DNA from: an uncultured Dehalococcoidaceae bacterium
Lineage (GTDB): Bacteria; Chloroflexota; Dehalococcoidia; Dehalococcoidales; RBG-16-60-22
Length of the DNA: 60,354 nt
NCBI GenBank assembly: GCA_964595455.1
Contig: CAZQQL010000004.1
Coordinates: 1 to 60,354, forward strand
Direction of reading: 5' to 3'
Under the pieces are notes generated by a model. It was not told where the DNA came from. It saw only the letters and a list, made by a program, of their open reading frames with translations, and did not search any database. How positions within the stretch are numbered: position 1 is the first letter of the stretch; the number at the start of each line of letters is the position of its first letter. The translations under genes and the position numbers were made by a program. Of this stretch, positions 37,225 to 47,660 are shown piece after piece.

Positions 37225-37463
37225 CGTTTTTGTAGCTAAATCGAAACATTTTGATTGTGTTTCGAATTCGATATTTTCAAAATAAAAGAGTAGGTAGGGG
37301 TATGAAACAAGCCAGATATTTTTGGTTGGTATAATGGAAAACACGAAAAAGCAATTTCAGAAATGGGACGGTTTTGGAGTTCGTTTATGATCAGGCTTGT
37401 ATAAGCAGTTAAAGAAGTAATAACTGTAAGGGAATATCACCAGGAACGATAAAGGAGAGTTGG

Positions 37464-37796
37464 ATGAGAATTAACAAGTATATGGAAGTTACCGGGACCG
37501 GTCCGAAACCCGGTAAGGAAAAAGAATACAATGAATGGTACCACAAGCATATCACAGACCTGTTCGCTTTTGGAGGGCTGAAGAGGGTCAGCCGCAGTAA
37601 AATATACAAACCGTTAGGGACCCCTGGACCGATGTACCTGACAATTTATGAATTCGACGCCCCCGAAGACCTGGAGGCTTTTTACGAACATCCGCTGATG
37701 GTGGATGCAGGAAAGCATTACGAAGAGGAAGCTCCCAAATGCCTGGAAATGTACTGGGCAGGGTTTTATGAACCGGTGGAAACGCTGGAAAAATAA
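37464..37796 (+). CDS. Small dimeric alpha-beta barrel protein (EthD/DUF4286-like)
   Basis: EKEYNEWYH.KHITDL and YLTIYEFD motifs; AAAGGAG RBS. Confidence 0.75.
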   Translation: MRINKYMEVTGTGPKPGKEKEYNEWYHKHITDLFAFGGLKRVSRSKIYKPLGTPGPMYLTIYEFDAPEDLEAFYEHPLMVDAGKHYEEEAPKCLEMYWAGFYEPVETLEK

Positions 37797-37816
37797 AGGA
37801 ACTTCGGAACGAAATT

Positions 37817-38355
37817 TGATCTTACCCTGGAATTTTGGTATTTATGGTGATTAGGAGTCTTTCTTCCATCAGGAAATCTCTACAATCCCTTGTAGTATAT
37901 ACCGGACTACAGCGGTGCATGGCAGTTCAAAGAGAAAATTCCATTATTGGAGAATACACTGCTTCAGATAATCAGTCTTTTTTAACTGATATTTTCGATT
38001 ATCTGGAGGGTGATGTGCTATAAGACTCCCCGCAATCTTGGATCGAGTGCGTCTCCTACCATGTTGAAGGCAAATATCACTTGCATAATTGCCAGTGGTT
38101 GATACCTTCAAAACCTGACTCATTAAGGGTACCGGATATCGGAGCCGCCACTGCTTCATGAGCGCGTACCGGGCTGCGACTCCCTGGCAAAGTACGCGGC
38201 TGCTTTTTTCAGAATCTCACACTCCTTCTTGAGCGTGGCATTCTCCTTCTTCACCCGAGCCATCTCTACTTCTACCTCAGTCGGAAGCCGGTACGTCTTT
38301 CCCATATCCTTGCCTTCTCATCGTGCTCTTGAGTCCACCATTTCCGCCTTTGACA
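37817..38355 (-). mobile_element. Degraded, internally deleted IS3-family insertion sequence
   Basis: OrfA tail ...EMARVKKENATLKKECEILKKAAAYFARESQPGTRS with an A6G slippery site (38209-38203). ATGA coupling into an OrfB start MKQWRLRYPVPLMSQVLKVS. TGATCTTACCC at 37817 resembles an IS3 terminus. Boundaries are uncertain. Confidence 0.75.
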
Positions 38356-38507
38356 ATCCGGTAACGTTATGCTATAACAGGTCTAAATTGACCTGGTGAC
38401 CCCTGGATTCTCTTTGACTGGAAACCCCTGCAATACTGATTGCAGGCTTCTATAGACAGAACTTATTTATTGGATTATGTATTGGACTAATAAAGGAGGC
38501 AACAGAA

Positions 38508-38981
38508 ATGTCACGAGCAGACCTGGAACAATACATCGTCAGAGATGTCTGGCACAAGAGCTACCCTACCGAATTCCACAAAGAGGTCACCCAGCCTGCC
38601 CTGGTCCTCGGCAGGCATGATGGCGGCGCCGGCTATCCTCCCTTCGCACTTTCCTGGGTGCCGATAACCCAGGCCTTTGAGATGGCCCCGAAACCGCACG
38701 TTCACGACTGGGACGAGATCCTCATGTTCATCGGCAGCGACGGAGCCAACATGCTGGAACTCGGCGGCGAGGTTGAACTGAGCCTGGGCGAGGATGAAAA
38801 GCACCTGGAAAAGTTTACTTTCACCAAAACCACGTTCGTCCACCTGGTCGGCGGCCTTTGGCATTGCCCATTGAACTTCAAAAAAGTCAATGACCCCTCC
38901 AAGCCTATCATTTTCCAGAACCTGATGTTCACCAAGAGATATAACATGACCAATGCCGAAGGAAAAAAAATAGAAAAATAA
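38508..38981 (+). CDS. Cupin-like hypothetical protein (paralog of 35785-36192)
   Basis: AAGGAGG RBS; PHVHDWDE and GLWHCP. Confidence 0.8.
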   Translation: MSRADLEQYIVRDVWHKSYPTEFHKEVTQPALVLGRHDGGAGYPPFALSWVPITQAFEMAPKPHVHDWDEILMFIGSDGANMLELGGEVELSLGEDEKHLEKFTFTKTTFVHLVGGLWHCPLNFKKVNDPSKPIIFQNLMFTKRYNMTNAEGKKIEK

Positions 38982-39013
38982 CGTACCCTGCCTTCACCGC
39001 CGGTCTTCGATCG

Positions 39014-39052
39014 ATCGTCCTTCGTCCTGAGAACATCGGGGCGGAGGACGAT
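39014..39052 (+). terminator. Hairpin after the cupin-like gene
   Basis: ATCGTCCTTCGTCCT ... GGGGCGGAGGACGAT, 15 bp including G-U pairs. Confidence 0.5.
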
Positions 39053-39175
39053 GGCGCTTATCATGAACAGGATAAAGTCTTGGCATCTTTCATCTTTTTT
39101 TATATCTGATCTCTGATTTTTGCTTTTTCCTCTCCCCCATAGTACACTTACCCGAAACAACGCGGAGGTGATTCC

Positions 39176-39958
39176 ATGACCACGCTCGGAGAATTCAATG
39201 AATACGGCGCCCTGCTGGAAACCTCCCTGGCCCTGAAAACGTTTCCCCTCGCGGTCAAGATGCTCTCCGATGAAAGCGAGATACCCCCCGATGCTTTGAG
39301 GCCGAAACGCGACCGCGGCTACCACCTCGCCCAGTGCCAGGCCTTTTCCATATCACGGTTCCAGGGAAGGACTGTCGCCATGCTGAAGGAAGACAACTGG
39401 TGCTGGGGCGCCCTTTTCTCCTACGGCCTCGTCGATCCCGCCATGGCCGACCGTTTCCCCGAACTCCAGAATGATAAGACCATCGTCCCGATGCTGGAAT
39501 ACGGTAAATATGCCGGCGTACTCTCCGCGCCGCTGAAAACCGCCGGTTTCGAGCCGGACATCGTCCTCATCTACTCCACTACCGGCCAGCTTCGCCACAT
39601 GCTCCATGCCCTCAGCTTTATCCGCAAGGGCGTCGTAAATTCGCCCATCTACCCCGTCGCTTCCTGCGCCCTGTCCGTCGTCCCGGCCTTGCGTGGTGAG
39701 AACTGCATTACCCTGCCGGACCCCGGTGAGGTCGGGCGGGGCTGCGCCGGCGATGACGAGATCATTTTCTCCCTGCCTGCCGGGAACGTGCCGGACCTTG
39801 TCTCCCAGTTGAACGTCCTCGACGGGCGCCACATGGGCTACCGCAATCACGCGTTTCTGGAGATACGGGGCGACTTCCCCCGGCCGGACTTTTACAAGCG
39901 GCTTTTCAGGGAGACTGGGCTCGATGCTGATGATACCGCCGTCTGGCCGGAAAAATAG
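39176..39958 (+). CDS. DUF169 domain protein
   Basis: PLAVKML, QCQAFSISR..G, NWCWGA, EPDIVLIY and ASCA..VVP; GGAGGTG RBS. Confidence 0.88.
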   Translation: MTTLGEFNEYGALLETSLALKTFPLAVKMLSDESEIPPDALRPKRDRGYHLAQCQAFSISRFQGRTVAMLKEDNWCWGALFSYGLVDPAMADRFPELQNDKTIVPMLEYGKYAGVLSAPLKTAGFEPDIVLIYSTTGQLRHMLHALSFIRKGVVNSPIYPVASCALSVVPALRGENCITLPDPGEVGRGCAGDDEIIFSLPAGNVPDLVSQLNVLDGRHMGYRNHAFLEIRGDFPRPDFYKRLFRETGLDADDTAVWPEK

Positions 39959-40057
39959 ATCTAACCATGGTAAAGTTGATAATTGTTCCGTTGTGCCGGA
40001 TTGTGTCATTTGTGATATAATGGGGCAACCCGGCGAGAGAGGAATGCCCCCAATCTA

Positions 40058-41281
40058 ATGCCTTTACCCGTCACTATCGAGGAAATCCCGCTCGGGGATT
40101 CCCGCCTGAAAGAATTCGAACAGTTTGCCTGGGACCTGTACCGCGATAATCCCCGGTGGGTCCCGCCTTTAAAGGGCGACCTGCTGGGGAACCGTCTTCT
40201 CGGCCTCACCGGTCTGCTGACCCCCAAACACCCCTACCACGAACACGCGGAGGTCACCCATTTCCTGGCGCGGCGGGGCGGGCGGACCGTGGGGCGCATA
40301 TCAGCGGCCATTAACCGCCGGTTCAACGAACACTACAGCTCCCGTACCGGGTTCTTCGGCTTCTTCGAGGTCGTCGAGGACTACGATATCGCCTGCCGCC
40401 TCCTGGACAGCGCCCGCACATGGCTGGAAGAACGCGGCATGACCGTGATGCGCGGTCCCGGCGAGTATTCCAACGCGACCCACGAACGACAGGGCGTGCT
40501 CATCGAAGGGTTCGATCACCACCCCACCGTCGACCTCACCCACAACCCGCCGTACTACGCTGAATTCCTGGAGCGGTACGGGTTCGATAAGGCCAAGGAC
40601 TACTACGCCTACATCATGAATGTGCAGAGTCCCCCGCCGGCAAGGCTGGCAAAACTGGCGGAACAGGTAAAAAAACGGCGCGACATCAAGACGCGGCAGC
40701 TCTCCATGATCAACCTGCGGGCAGATGTGGACCTCATCGTCAAGATCTACAATGACAGCTGGGCTAATAACTGGGGTTTCCTGCCCATTACCAAAGGTGA
40801 AGCCAACTCCATGGCCGATTCATTGAAGCTGGTGGCCGATCCCGGCCTGATACGGTTCGCCTTCGTCAACGGCGAGCCGGCGGCGGTGCTCGGCGCCCTC
40901 CCGGACCCCAACATCCCGTTGCAGCCCCGCCGCAAATGGTACGGGGACTCGGATTTCGTGCGGGTGGCCCGGCTGTTCTGGACCCGGCGGCGCATTCCCT
41001 TCGTCAGGCTGATGTTCTTCGGAGTCCGTCCCGGCTTCCGCAACCTCGGCGTAGACGTCATTCTATTTAACGAGGTCCGGGACTACGCCATGAAACGCGG
41101 CTACAAACAGTGCGAGACGTCCATGCTGCTGGAAGACAACCACCTCATCATCAGCCCCTCGGAGTTCATGGATGCCTGCCGCTACAAGACCTGGAGAATC
41201 TACGATATTCCCATCGGCGTGAGCGGAGAACCGCTGGAGAATGAAGACCTCTCAGGGACGTGTGCCCCATTGCCGGTGTGA
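40058..41281 (+). CDS. GNAT-fold protein (YghO-like N-acetyltransferase family)
   Basis: WVPPL, GRISAAIN, GFFGFFE, HNPPYYAEFLE..GF.K, WGFLPIT and ETSMLLEDN. Confidence 0.85.
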   Translation: MPLPVTIEEIPLGDSRLKEFEQFAWDLYRDNPRWVPPLKGDLLGNRLLGLTGLLTPKHPYHEHAEVTHFLARRGGRTVGRISAAINRRFNEHYSSRTGFFGFFEVVEDYDIACRLLDSARTWLEERGMTVMRGPGEYSNATHERQGVLIEGFDHHPTVDLTHNPPYYAEFLERYGFDKAKDYYAYIMNVQSPPPARLAKLAEQVKKRRDIKTRQLSMINLRADVDLIVKIYNDSWANNWGFLPITKGEANSMADSLKLVADPGLIRFAFVNGEPAAVLGALPDPNIPLQPRRKWYGDSDFVRVARLFWTRRRIPFVRLMFFGVRPGFRNLGVDVILFNEVRDYAMKRGYKQCETSMLLEDNHLIISPSEFMDACRYKTWRIYDIPIGVSGEPLENEDLSGTCAPLPV

Positions 41282-41291
41282 GAAACTCGCC

Positions 41292-42551
41292 TTAGCCGGT
41301 TTCCTGGCCGGATTGGTGCTGGCGAGCCGGCTTCAGCAGGCTGATAACCGCAAATCCCACAACCGCCACTACCAGTGTTACAATGAAGGCTATCCGGTAT
41401 TCCCCGGTGGCATCGTAGATCAGGCCACTCACCAACGGCCCAACCGCCGTTCCCGCCGTGAACCCGACCCCGGCGATGCCCAGGGTCATGCCGTGTGTTC
41501 TCATCCCGAAGAGCTGTGCGATCAGCGGTGATTCCGCGACGCCAAGGGCGCCGACCGAAATTCCGAAAAGTCCGGCAAAAGCGTACAGGGCCCATATCTC
41601 GCCGCCGAACAACAGCACCAGCAGCGCCGCCAGCATGATGACAAACGCTATCTGGAATATCCGCCGCCCGCCCAACTTGTCCCCAAGGGCACTGCCCAGC
41701 CCCAGGATTCCCGCCAGGCTGAACCCATTCATCACCGCCAGCAGCGTCGCGGCGTTCAAGGGCGGAATGCCCATGTCCTCGGCGTGAGGTACCAGGTGCA
41801 CCATGACGGTAAAAGCTCCGTACCCGGAGCAGAAGAAGACTAGGATAACGAGCCACAACCGCGGATTACCGAGGGCCTCGCGGATGCCCCGCCCGGCCGT
41901 TGGAGCCGGGGGCGTGCTGGCGGCGACTGCTTCCGGTACATGCTGATGTGAACCAGGGCGGCGGAAGAACAGCCCCGCGCCGCTGACGAACACCAGAATG
42001 ATGCCCGCCTGAAGTATGTAGGCCAACCGCCAGTCAGCCGTTTCTATGAAGCGGCTCAGCAGCGGCGGCACAAAGAGACCGCCGATGCCGATCCCGGACA
42101 CAACTATCCCTGTCATCAGTGCCCGGCGGCGGTCGAACCACCGCGCGATACTGGAAAGCAGCGGCACCCAGATGCCCGCCATACCGCCCCCGATGAGCAC
42201 AGGGTACACGATATAGAACTGCCACAGCGAATCGATCCGGGACATCAGGAAGTAGCCCAGGGCAACGGAGATGCCGCAGCCGACCAGGACGATGCGCGGG
42301 CCGAACCGGTCCGTCAGGCTCCCCATGGCGATGCCGCCGGCGCCCCTCACTACCATAGAAAGGGAGAATGCGCCCGCCGTCATGGCGGACGTCCAGGCGA
42401 ACTCTTCCATGAGTGGATTGAACAGTACCCCGAAAGCGTTGAACAACGCCATCGCCGAGGTCATGACCAGAAAGGAAAGCCCGACGATGATGTAGCCGGG
42501 GTAAATGCCCGTTCCGGGCTTGTTCAGGGGAGGCGGTTCGTGGTCGGTCAT
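41292..42551 (-). CDS. MFS transporter (OFA/MCT-like, 12 TM)
   Basis: GSLTDRFGPR motif A, ARWFDRRR and GDKLGGRR. Confidence 0.92.
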   Translation of the reverse strand: MTDHEPPPLNKPGTGIYPGYIIVGLSFLVMTSAMALFNAFGVLFNPLMEEFAWTSAMTAGAFSLSMVVRGAGGIAMGSLTDRFGPRIVLVGCGISVALGYFLMSRIDSLWQFYIVYPVLIGGGMAGIWVPLLSSIARWFDRRRALMTGIVVSGIGIGGLFVPPLLSRFIETADWRLAYILQAGIILVFVSGAGLFFRRPGSHQHVPEAVAASTPPAPTAGRGIREALGNPRLWLVILVFFCSGYGAFTVMVHLVPHAEDMGIPPLNAATLLAVMNGFSLAGILGLGSALGDKLGGRRIFQIAFVIMLAALLVLLFGGEIWALYAFAGLFGISVGALGVAESPLIAQLFGMRTHGMTLGIAGVGFTAGTAVGPLVSGLIYDATGEYRIAFIVTLVVAVVGFAVISLLKPARQHQSGQETG

Positions 42552-42604
42552 GACAATCAACGCATTATACCATAACCGCCCTGCCTGACACAGTTACGGC
42601 CGGC

Positions 42605-43093
42605 TTACTTCTTCCGCCGCCGCTGTTTCGGCCGCACGACCAGCACCGGATCGTTCGACTCACGGATGACCTTCTCCGCCACGCTGCCCATGAAGACCCG
42701 CCGCAGACCGGTGCGGCCGTGGGTGGCCATAACGATGAGGTCGACCTTAGCTTTCTTGCCCGCCTTGAGGATTTCATCGGCCGGCTTGCCCTGCAGCACC
42801 TTGTAGTCGGCATCAATGCCTTGTTCCTTCAGCAGGCGGACCTTTCCGGCTAGGTACGTTTTTGACTTCGAAGCATTGGCCCGGTCCTGCCGGATGGCTT
42901 CTTCGACCGTGAAATTGGCGGCGACCGGCCCGGCCAGCCCCGAGGGATCTACCGGCGGCACGATGGTCACCGGCTCGACGACCTGCACCAGGAACAGCTT
43001 CGCGCCGTACCGGGGCGCCAGGTCCACAGCGTACTCGAGGGCGCGGTTGCTGAACCGTGAACCATCCAGGGGGACCATGATTTTTTCGTACAT
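42605..43093 (-). CDS. Universal stress protein (UspA family)
   Basis: KIMVPLDGS..S..AL, DLIVMATHGRTG and MGSVAEKVIRES..PVLVVR. Confidence 0.96.
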   Translation of the reverse strand: MYEKIMVPLDGSRFSNRALEYAVDLAPRYGAKLFLVQVVEPVTIVPPVDPSGLAGPVAANFTVEEAIRQDRANASKSKTYLAGKVRLLKEQGIDADYKVLQGKPADEILKAGKKAKVDLIVMATHGRTGLRRVFMGSVAEKVIRESNDPVLVVRPKQRRRKK

Positions 43094-43227
43094 GCGGCTA
43101 GACCTTCCTTCTACAGCTTTTTACCAGTGTATCGTAATGGCGCGTTACGGGCAACCGGACGGTGTTGCGGCATGGAGGCTGGTGATCACCGTCGACCGTG
43201 ATTCTTCGTCACCAGAATGAGTCCAAG

Positions 43228-45432
43228 CTAGCGCCCGAGGAACCGCCGCAGGAAACCGAAGCGACCCAGCAGCGCTTCGTACACGCTCCGCCGCGCCTTG
43301 AGGATTTCCGCCTCTTCAAACAGGTTCGGATTTGCGGCCCGCCCGAACTTCTTCTCAATATAGGCTCGGGTGATGGTCTCCAGGTTTCCTGCCTGTTCCG
43401 GCATAAGCTGAGCCAGCGCGGCGGCGTATTCCGCCGGGGTCTGGCTCGGGCCAGGGCCGAGCTGGACCAGCGCCGCCAGTCTGCCCATGCGCTGGTAGGT
43501 CCGCCCCGCCAGGTCGGACCGGTCTACGTACCAGACCCAGCGATTGAATGCGGAACGCGCGAACAATGCCGGTATCATGAAAACCAGCCCGACCGCGGCA
43601 ATAATCCCGATAATTATAAGGGCGCGGCCAAGTTCATCGGAGAACGGCAGCGGACCTGTTTTGACCCGGGGTGACGGAGTCGGTGTCACATCAGCGCCCG
43701 TATCCTCCGGCGGATACAGGAACTGCTGGTACCAGATCTCCCACGGCAGCAGCGGCTGGGTATCGATTGCTGACACGACAGGACTTTCCGAGGGCACTTC
43801 GCTGGATGCATTGCCTTCCCCACCCGGAGTCGCTTCGATGTCCACCCACCCGTAGCCGTCGAACCATACCTGCACCCAGGCGTGGTAAAACTTGTCTCGC
43901 AGGATATACTCTCCCTGGTTTTCTCCCGGGTCTCCCGGCAGATAGCCGATGACCAGCCGGGTAGGAACATCTACCGCTCGCAGCATGACTGCCATAGCGG
44001 AAGCAAAATACGTGCAGAAACCGGCTTTTTCCCGGAATATGAAATACTCGACGCCGTCCTGGTCGGGCTGCGGGCCGGTAATGTCCAGTTTGTACGTAAA
44101 CTTGCCGAGGTAACGGTCGATGCTTACCAGCTTCTTATAGGGCGTATCGGCGTCCACGGTCAACTTACCTGCCAGGCTCCGCACGGCCACCGGGAAATCG
44201 TCGGGCAGGACCAGGTAGACCTCGCCGATAGCTTGAGGGTACCCGGGGTCCACCGCTGCCAGTTCCTGGATGGTCGGGGAATAGACGGCGGTCGTCATCG
44301 TATAGGTCTCGTCCGCCCCGAGCACTCTTGGGGCCGTCACGGCCATGAGCTGGCCGCCGCTTTCATGTACGACGTAGGGAATGCCCGCTTTCACGAACGT
44401 TCCCCCGGTCAAAAGCGAGTCTGACCTGATGCCGGGAGTAACGGTGTAGGTCAGCGAGCCGGACCCTTCGACGATGGCCGCCCCTTTCCAGGCCGTGTCC
44501 GCCTCGTACACCTTTTGCGCGGTAGGCGCGTTCCGCCAGCCTTCACTCGTGTACGTATCATAGGCATGTACCCGCCAGTAGGTGGCGTACGGGGAATGGA
44601 TGATGTAATCTATCTGTTCTCCGCCGTGCCAGTTCGATCCGAACCCCAGGTCTCCGCGCGTTACCACCGTACTCAGGGGTTGCTTGGATGGCACCGAGGC
44701 GAAAATGTTGATAGAAGATTCTTCCACGTCCCTTATCCAGAACAGGTGAGAGGCGATGGCGTTCTGCAGGAGGGGCGCCCGCGCCTGTGGAACCATCCAG
44801 GCAAACAGGGAGCCCGCCGCGGTGATAATCGCCAGGGTGATGAAAAGAAAGACCCTTCCCAGTCCCTGGTGGTGTTGCGCCCGGCTGTCGCCGTGCCGGG
44901 AAAGGCGAACGTGAACGATGTAGAACATTGCCGCCAGGAAATAGACCCCGAGGAAATAGTAGTAGTGCTCCGGCAGGTTGCTGAGGTTGACCACCATCAC
45001 GGCAGCCCCGGCAATCACTCCTACCCATGCGTTCCGCCGCCTCACCAGCGCCCATATCGAGACCGCGCCCGCAATCCATGTAAGCGCCACGAGGAACACA
45101 CTGAAAACGGCCAGGCTGCCGCTGAGTTCCGGGATAATCCCCAGCCAGAAAGTTGCGCCTGCCCCGGATATGAATAGAATAGCAGCGAGGAGGGCGCCGT
45201 GCAGCTTCGTCGCGGACAGCAGCCATCCCGCGGCGATGACCGCCGCCAGGACCAGGCTCAAAGGCGGCTGCGGCTCTATCCAACGTGCCTGTTCGAGAGA
45301 CAGTACAGCGATTTCGAGCACGATGAACAACAATATAACACCCAGCCAGTTAGGCCAGTTCCTGAGTCCAATTATGAAACGCGCCCATACCCGGCCGATG
45401 GGCGAGGTCCTGAGTATACCGTTGCGGTTCAT
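43228..45432 (-). CDS. Membrane transglutaminase-like protein (TgpA type, C-terminal DUF4129-like)
   Basis: N-terminal TMs, YWRV.AYD.Y, GFCTYFASAMAVMLR and HAWVQV...GYGWV. Confidence 0.9.
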   Translation of the reverse strand: MNRNGILRTSPIGRVWARFIIGLRNWPNWLGVILLFIVLEIAVLSLEQARWIEPQPPLSLVLAAVIAAGWLLSATKLHGALLAAILFISGAGATFWLGIIPELSGSLAVFSVFLVALTWIAGAVSIWALVRRRNAWVGVIAGAAVMVVNLSNLPEHYYYFLGVYFLAAMFYIVHVRLSRHGDSRAQHHQGLGRVFLFITLAIITAAGSLFAWMVPQARAPLLQNAIASHLFWIRDVEESSINIFASVPSKQPLSTVVTRGDLGFGSNWHGGEQIDYIIHSPYATYWRVHAYDTYTSEGWRNAPTAQKVYEADTAWKGAAIVEGSGSLTYTVTPGIRSDSLLTGGTFVKAGIPYVVHESGGQLMAVTAPRVLGADETYTMTTAVYSPTIQELAAVDPGYPQAIGEVYLVLPDDFPVAVRSLAGKLTVDADTPYKKLVSIDRYLGKFTYKLDITGPQPDQDGVEYFIFREKAGFCTYFASAMAVMLRAVDVPTRLVIGYLPGDPGENQGEYILRDKFYHAWVQVWFDGYGWVDIEATPGGEGNASSEVPSESPVVSAIDTQPLLPWEIWYQQFLYPPEDTGADVTPTPSPRVKTGPLPFSDELGRALIIIGIIAAVGLVFMIPALFARSAFNRWVWYVDRSDLAGRTYQRMGRLAALVQLGPGPSQTPAEYAAALAQLMPEQAGNLETITRAYIEKKFGRAANPNLFEEAEILKARRSVYEALLGRFGFLRRFLGR

Positions 45433-46670
45433 CTCGCCACTCCTGCCGCTGGGGCGGCATTCACCAGGTCTCCCCGGCTGTCCAGCGCCGCGGAGATGTC
45501 CTGCCCGCGCCGCAAGGTGTAGACGCTGTATCCGGCGCCTTCGAACCGCCGCTCATCCGTTTCCGGAAACACTGTACCGCCGAAACTGGAGATGTCGAGC
45601 AGGACCGCCGTCAACAGGATGCCCCGATTGAGCGCTCGCCTAAGGGGGATGAGAATGTCCTGCTGAGCGGCCGGCATGATGACGATTACCGCCGAACCTG
45701 CCTCGAAATGGTCCGCCTGTGCGCCGAGAAGCTTGACGACAGGCATGGTACCGGCGTTCCGCAGGACCGCCAGTGAATGCATGATGCGCTCTTCCTGTGA
45801 CCGGCCCCCGGCCGGCAGGTGCAGCAACGTACGGTCTCCCACCGCCATCAGTCCCACGTCCTTGCCTTCCCTGATGAACTTGCTCGCCAGGGAGGCCGCG
45901 GCGGTAACGGCGTATTCTTCCGTTGTCTCGTCCCCCTGCCCGTAGCGGAGGCGACCGTCCATGTCGAGGACGATCCAGACATGCCGGAAGGCGTAGTGAG
46001 CGCGTTCGGGATCGAATTCCTTGACCATGAGACGGCCGGAATGGGCAGTCGTCGGCCAGTGGACGTGCCGCAGGCTGTCCCCACTCGTGTATTCCCGCAC
46101 TTTGGAGGCCCCGGAGCCCGCCTCGCTGGCCATCCAGCGGCGCTGGCTCCGGCCTGCTTCCTGCCGCGGTATAACATGGAAATTGGGAAGTTCGTAGACA
46201 CGGGGCGTCACCAGGACCTGGCCCGCTTTCCCGAAATCCCGGCTCGCCGGGAACAGGCCCAGCGGGTCCGAGACCGTGACCCTCAGCGGCCCCATGGTGT
46301 AGCTGCCGCGTTTCCTGCATTCGAACGTGGCACGCCACTTGCGGGGCGAGCGCCCAAGGAGGCTCATTGCGGTGATATTCTCATAACCGGGCATGTCTGA
46401 CAGTTCCCGGGCCTCCACCACCGGAGCGGGCAGGCCGCGGCTGTTCTCCAACCAGAATTCCCGCTCGTACCGCTCTCCCGCCTCACCCTGGCTTTTCACC
46501 GCCGGTACCCGGGCGGATATGCCGCGAAGGCTCAAGAACGACCACAGCAGGCTCAACAGGAAGATCACCGTGATGAACAGGAAGACCTGCCAGACCACAT
46601 CGAAGCCCCCGGCCAGCGCCAGGAAAAGGAGGAGAAGGGGGACCAGGGGGACAAACCACCGTACTTTCAT
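45429..46670 (-). CDS. DUF58 domain protein
   Basis: CRKRG.Y..GP, DPLGLF, VREYTSGDSLRHVHWPTTAHSGRLMVKEF and EYAVTAAAS. Confidence 0.93.
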   Translation of the reverse strand: MKVRWFVPLVPLLLLFLALAGGFDVVWQVFLFITVIFLLSLLWSFLSLRGISARVPAVKSQGEAGERYEREFWLENSRGLPAPVVEARELSDMPGYENITAMSLLGRSPRKWRATFECRKRGSYTMGPLRVTVSDPLGLFPASRDFGKAGQVLVTPRVYELPNFHVIPRQEAGRSQRRWMASEAGSGASKVREYTSGDSLRHVHWPTTAHSGRLMVKEFDPERAHYAFRHVWIVLDMDGRLRYGQGDETTEEYAVTAAASLASKFIREGKDVGLMAVGDRTLLHLPAGGRSQEERIMHSLAVLRNAGTMPVVKLLGAQADHFEAGSAVIVIMPAAQQDILIPLRRALNRGILLTAVLLDISSFGGTVFPETDERRFEGAGYSVYTLRRGQDISAALDSRGDLVNAAPAAGVAR

Positions 46671-46703
46671 CTCATCCTTCCTCGGCCGGCTGCCACTACT
46701 GCG

Positions 46704-47660
46704 TTAGTAGAGCGCTCCCGGAACGGGGACAGACTCGAGGATTTCTTCTATGGAAGCCCGCCCGTCCCTGCCGTGCGCCTGCCCGGTTGAGGAAATGATG
46801 GACCGGTGGGCCAGTGCGGGAACGGCCAGCTTCTTAACATCGTCCGGCAGCACGTAGTCCCGGCCCTTCAATAGAGCACATGCCTGGGCGCAGCGGAACA
46901 GGGCCAGCGAGCCGCGGGGAGAAGCCCCGAGGTATATCGAAGAATGGTGCCGGGTACCGTCAACGAGGTGGACGATATATTGCTTGACCAAATCATCGAC
47001 ATAGACCTTGCGGACAGCGGCCTGGAGGGTGATGACATCCTGCGCTTCGACCACGGGCCCGATTTCCTCGATAGGATGGACGTACTGCTGTTGTTCGATG
47101 ATGTGGATCTCTTCTTCCAGCGTCGGGTAGCCGATGTTGATGCGGAGGAGGAACCGGTCGAGCTGGGCTTCAGGGAGCGGGAACGTGCCTTCGTACTCCA
47201 CCGGGTTCTGGGTAGCCAGGACATGGAACAGGGAGGGTACCGGGTGCGTGACGCCGTCGACAGTCACCTGCCGCTCCTCCATCGCCTCCAACAGCGCGGA
47301 CTGTACCTTGGGAGTGGCGCGGTTAATCTCATCAGCCAGGACTATCTGGGCGTTGATAGGGCCAGCATGGAATTCGAAATCGCCGCTCTTCTGGTTGTAC
47401 ACGGTGACGCCGGTGATGTCCCCGGGCAGCATGTCCGGGGTGAACTGGATACGCTTGAACGAGCAGTCTATGGACCTGGCGAGGCTCCGCGCCAGGACGG
47501 TCTTCCCCACTCCCGGCGCGTCTTCGATAAGGAGATGGCCGCGGCTGATGAGAGCGATAACGGCCAGTTCCACCGCTTCCGTTTTCCCCACCATGACCTT
47601 TTCGATGTTATTGATGATCCGGTTGGCCATGTTCCTGGCCTCGATTATTACCTGTTCCAT
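46704..47660 (-). CDS. MoxR family AAA+ ATPase
   Basis: [46 protein letters not shown] and [13 protein letters not shown]. Confidence 0.97.
   Translation of the reverse strand: MEQVIIEARNMANRIINNIEKVMVGKTEAVELAVIALISRGHLLIEDAPGVGKTVLARSLARSIDCSFKRIQFTPDMLPGDITGVTVYNQKSGDFEFHAGPINAQIVLADEINRATPKVQSALLEAMEERQVTVDGVTHPVPSLFHVLATQNPVEYEGTFPLPEAQLDRFLLRINIGYPTLEEEIHIIEQQQYVHPIEEIGPVVEAQDVITLQAAVRKVYVDDLVKQYIVHLVDGTRHHSSIYLGASPRGSLALFRCAQACALLKGRDYVLPDDVKKLAVPALAHRSIISSTGQAHGRDGRASIEEILESVPVPGALY

Noticed and set aside
38702-39325. 207-aa minus-strand ORF spanning the cupin/DUF169 gap
   Set aside because: It overlaps two well-supported plus-strand genes antisense and has no recognisable features.
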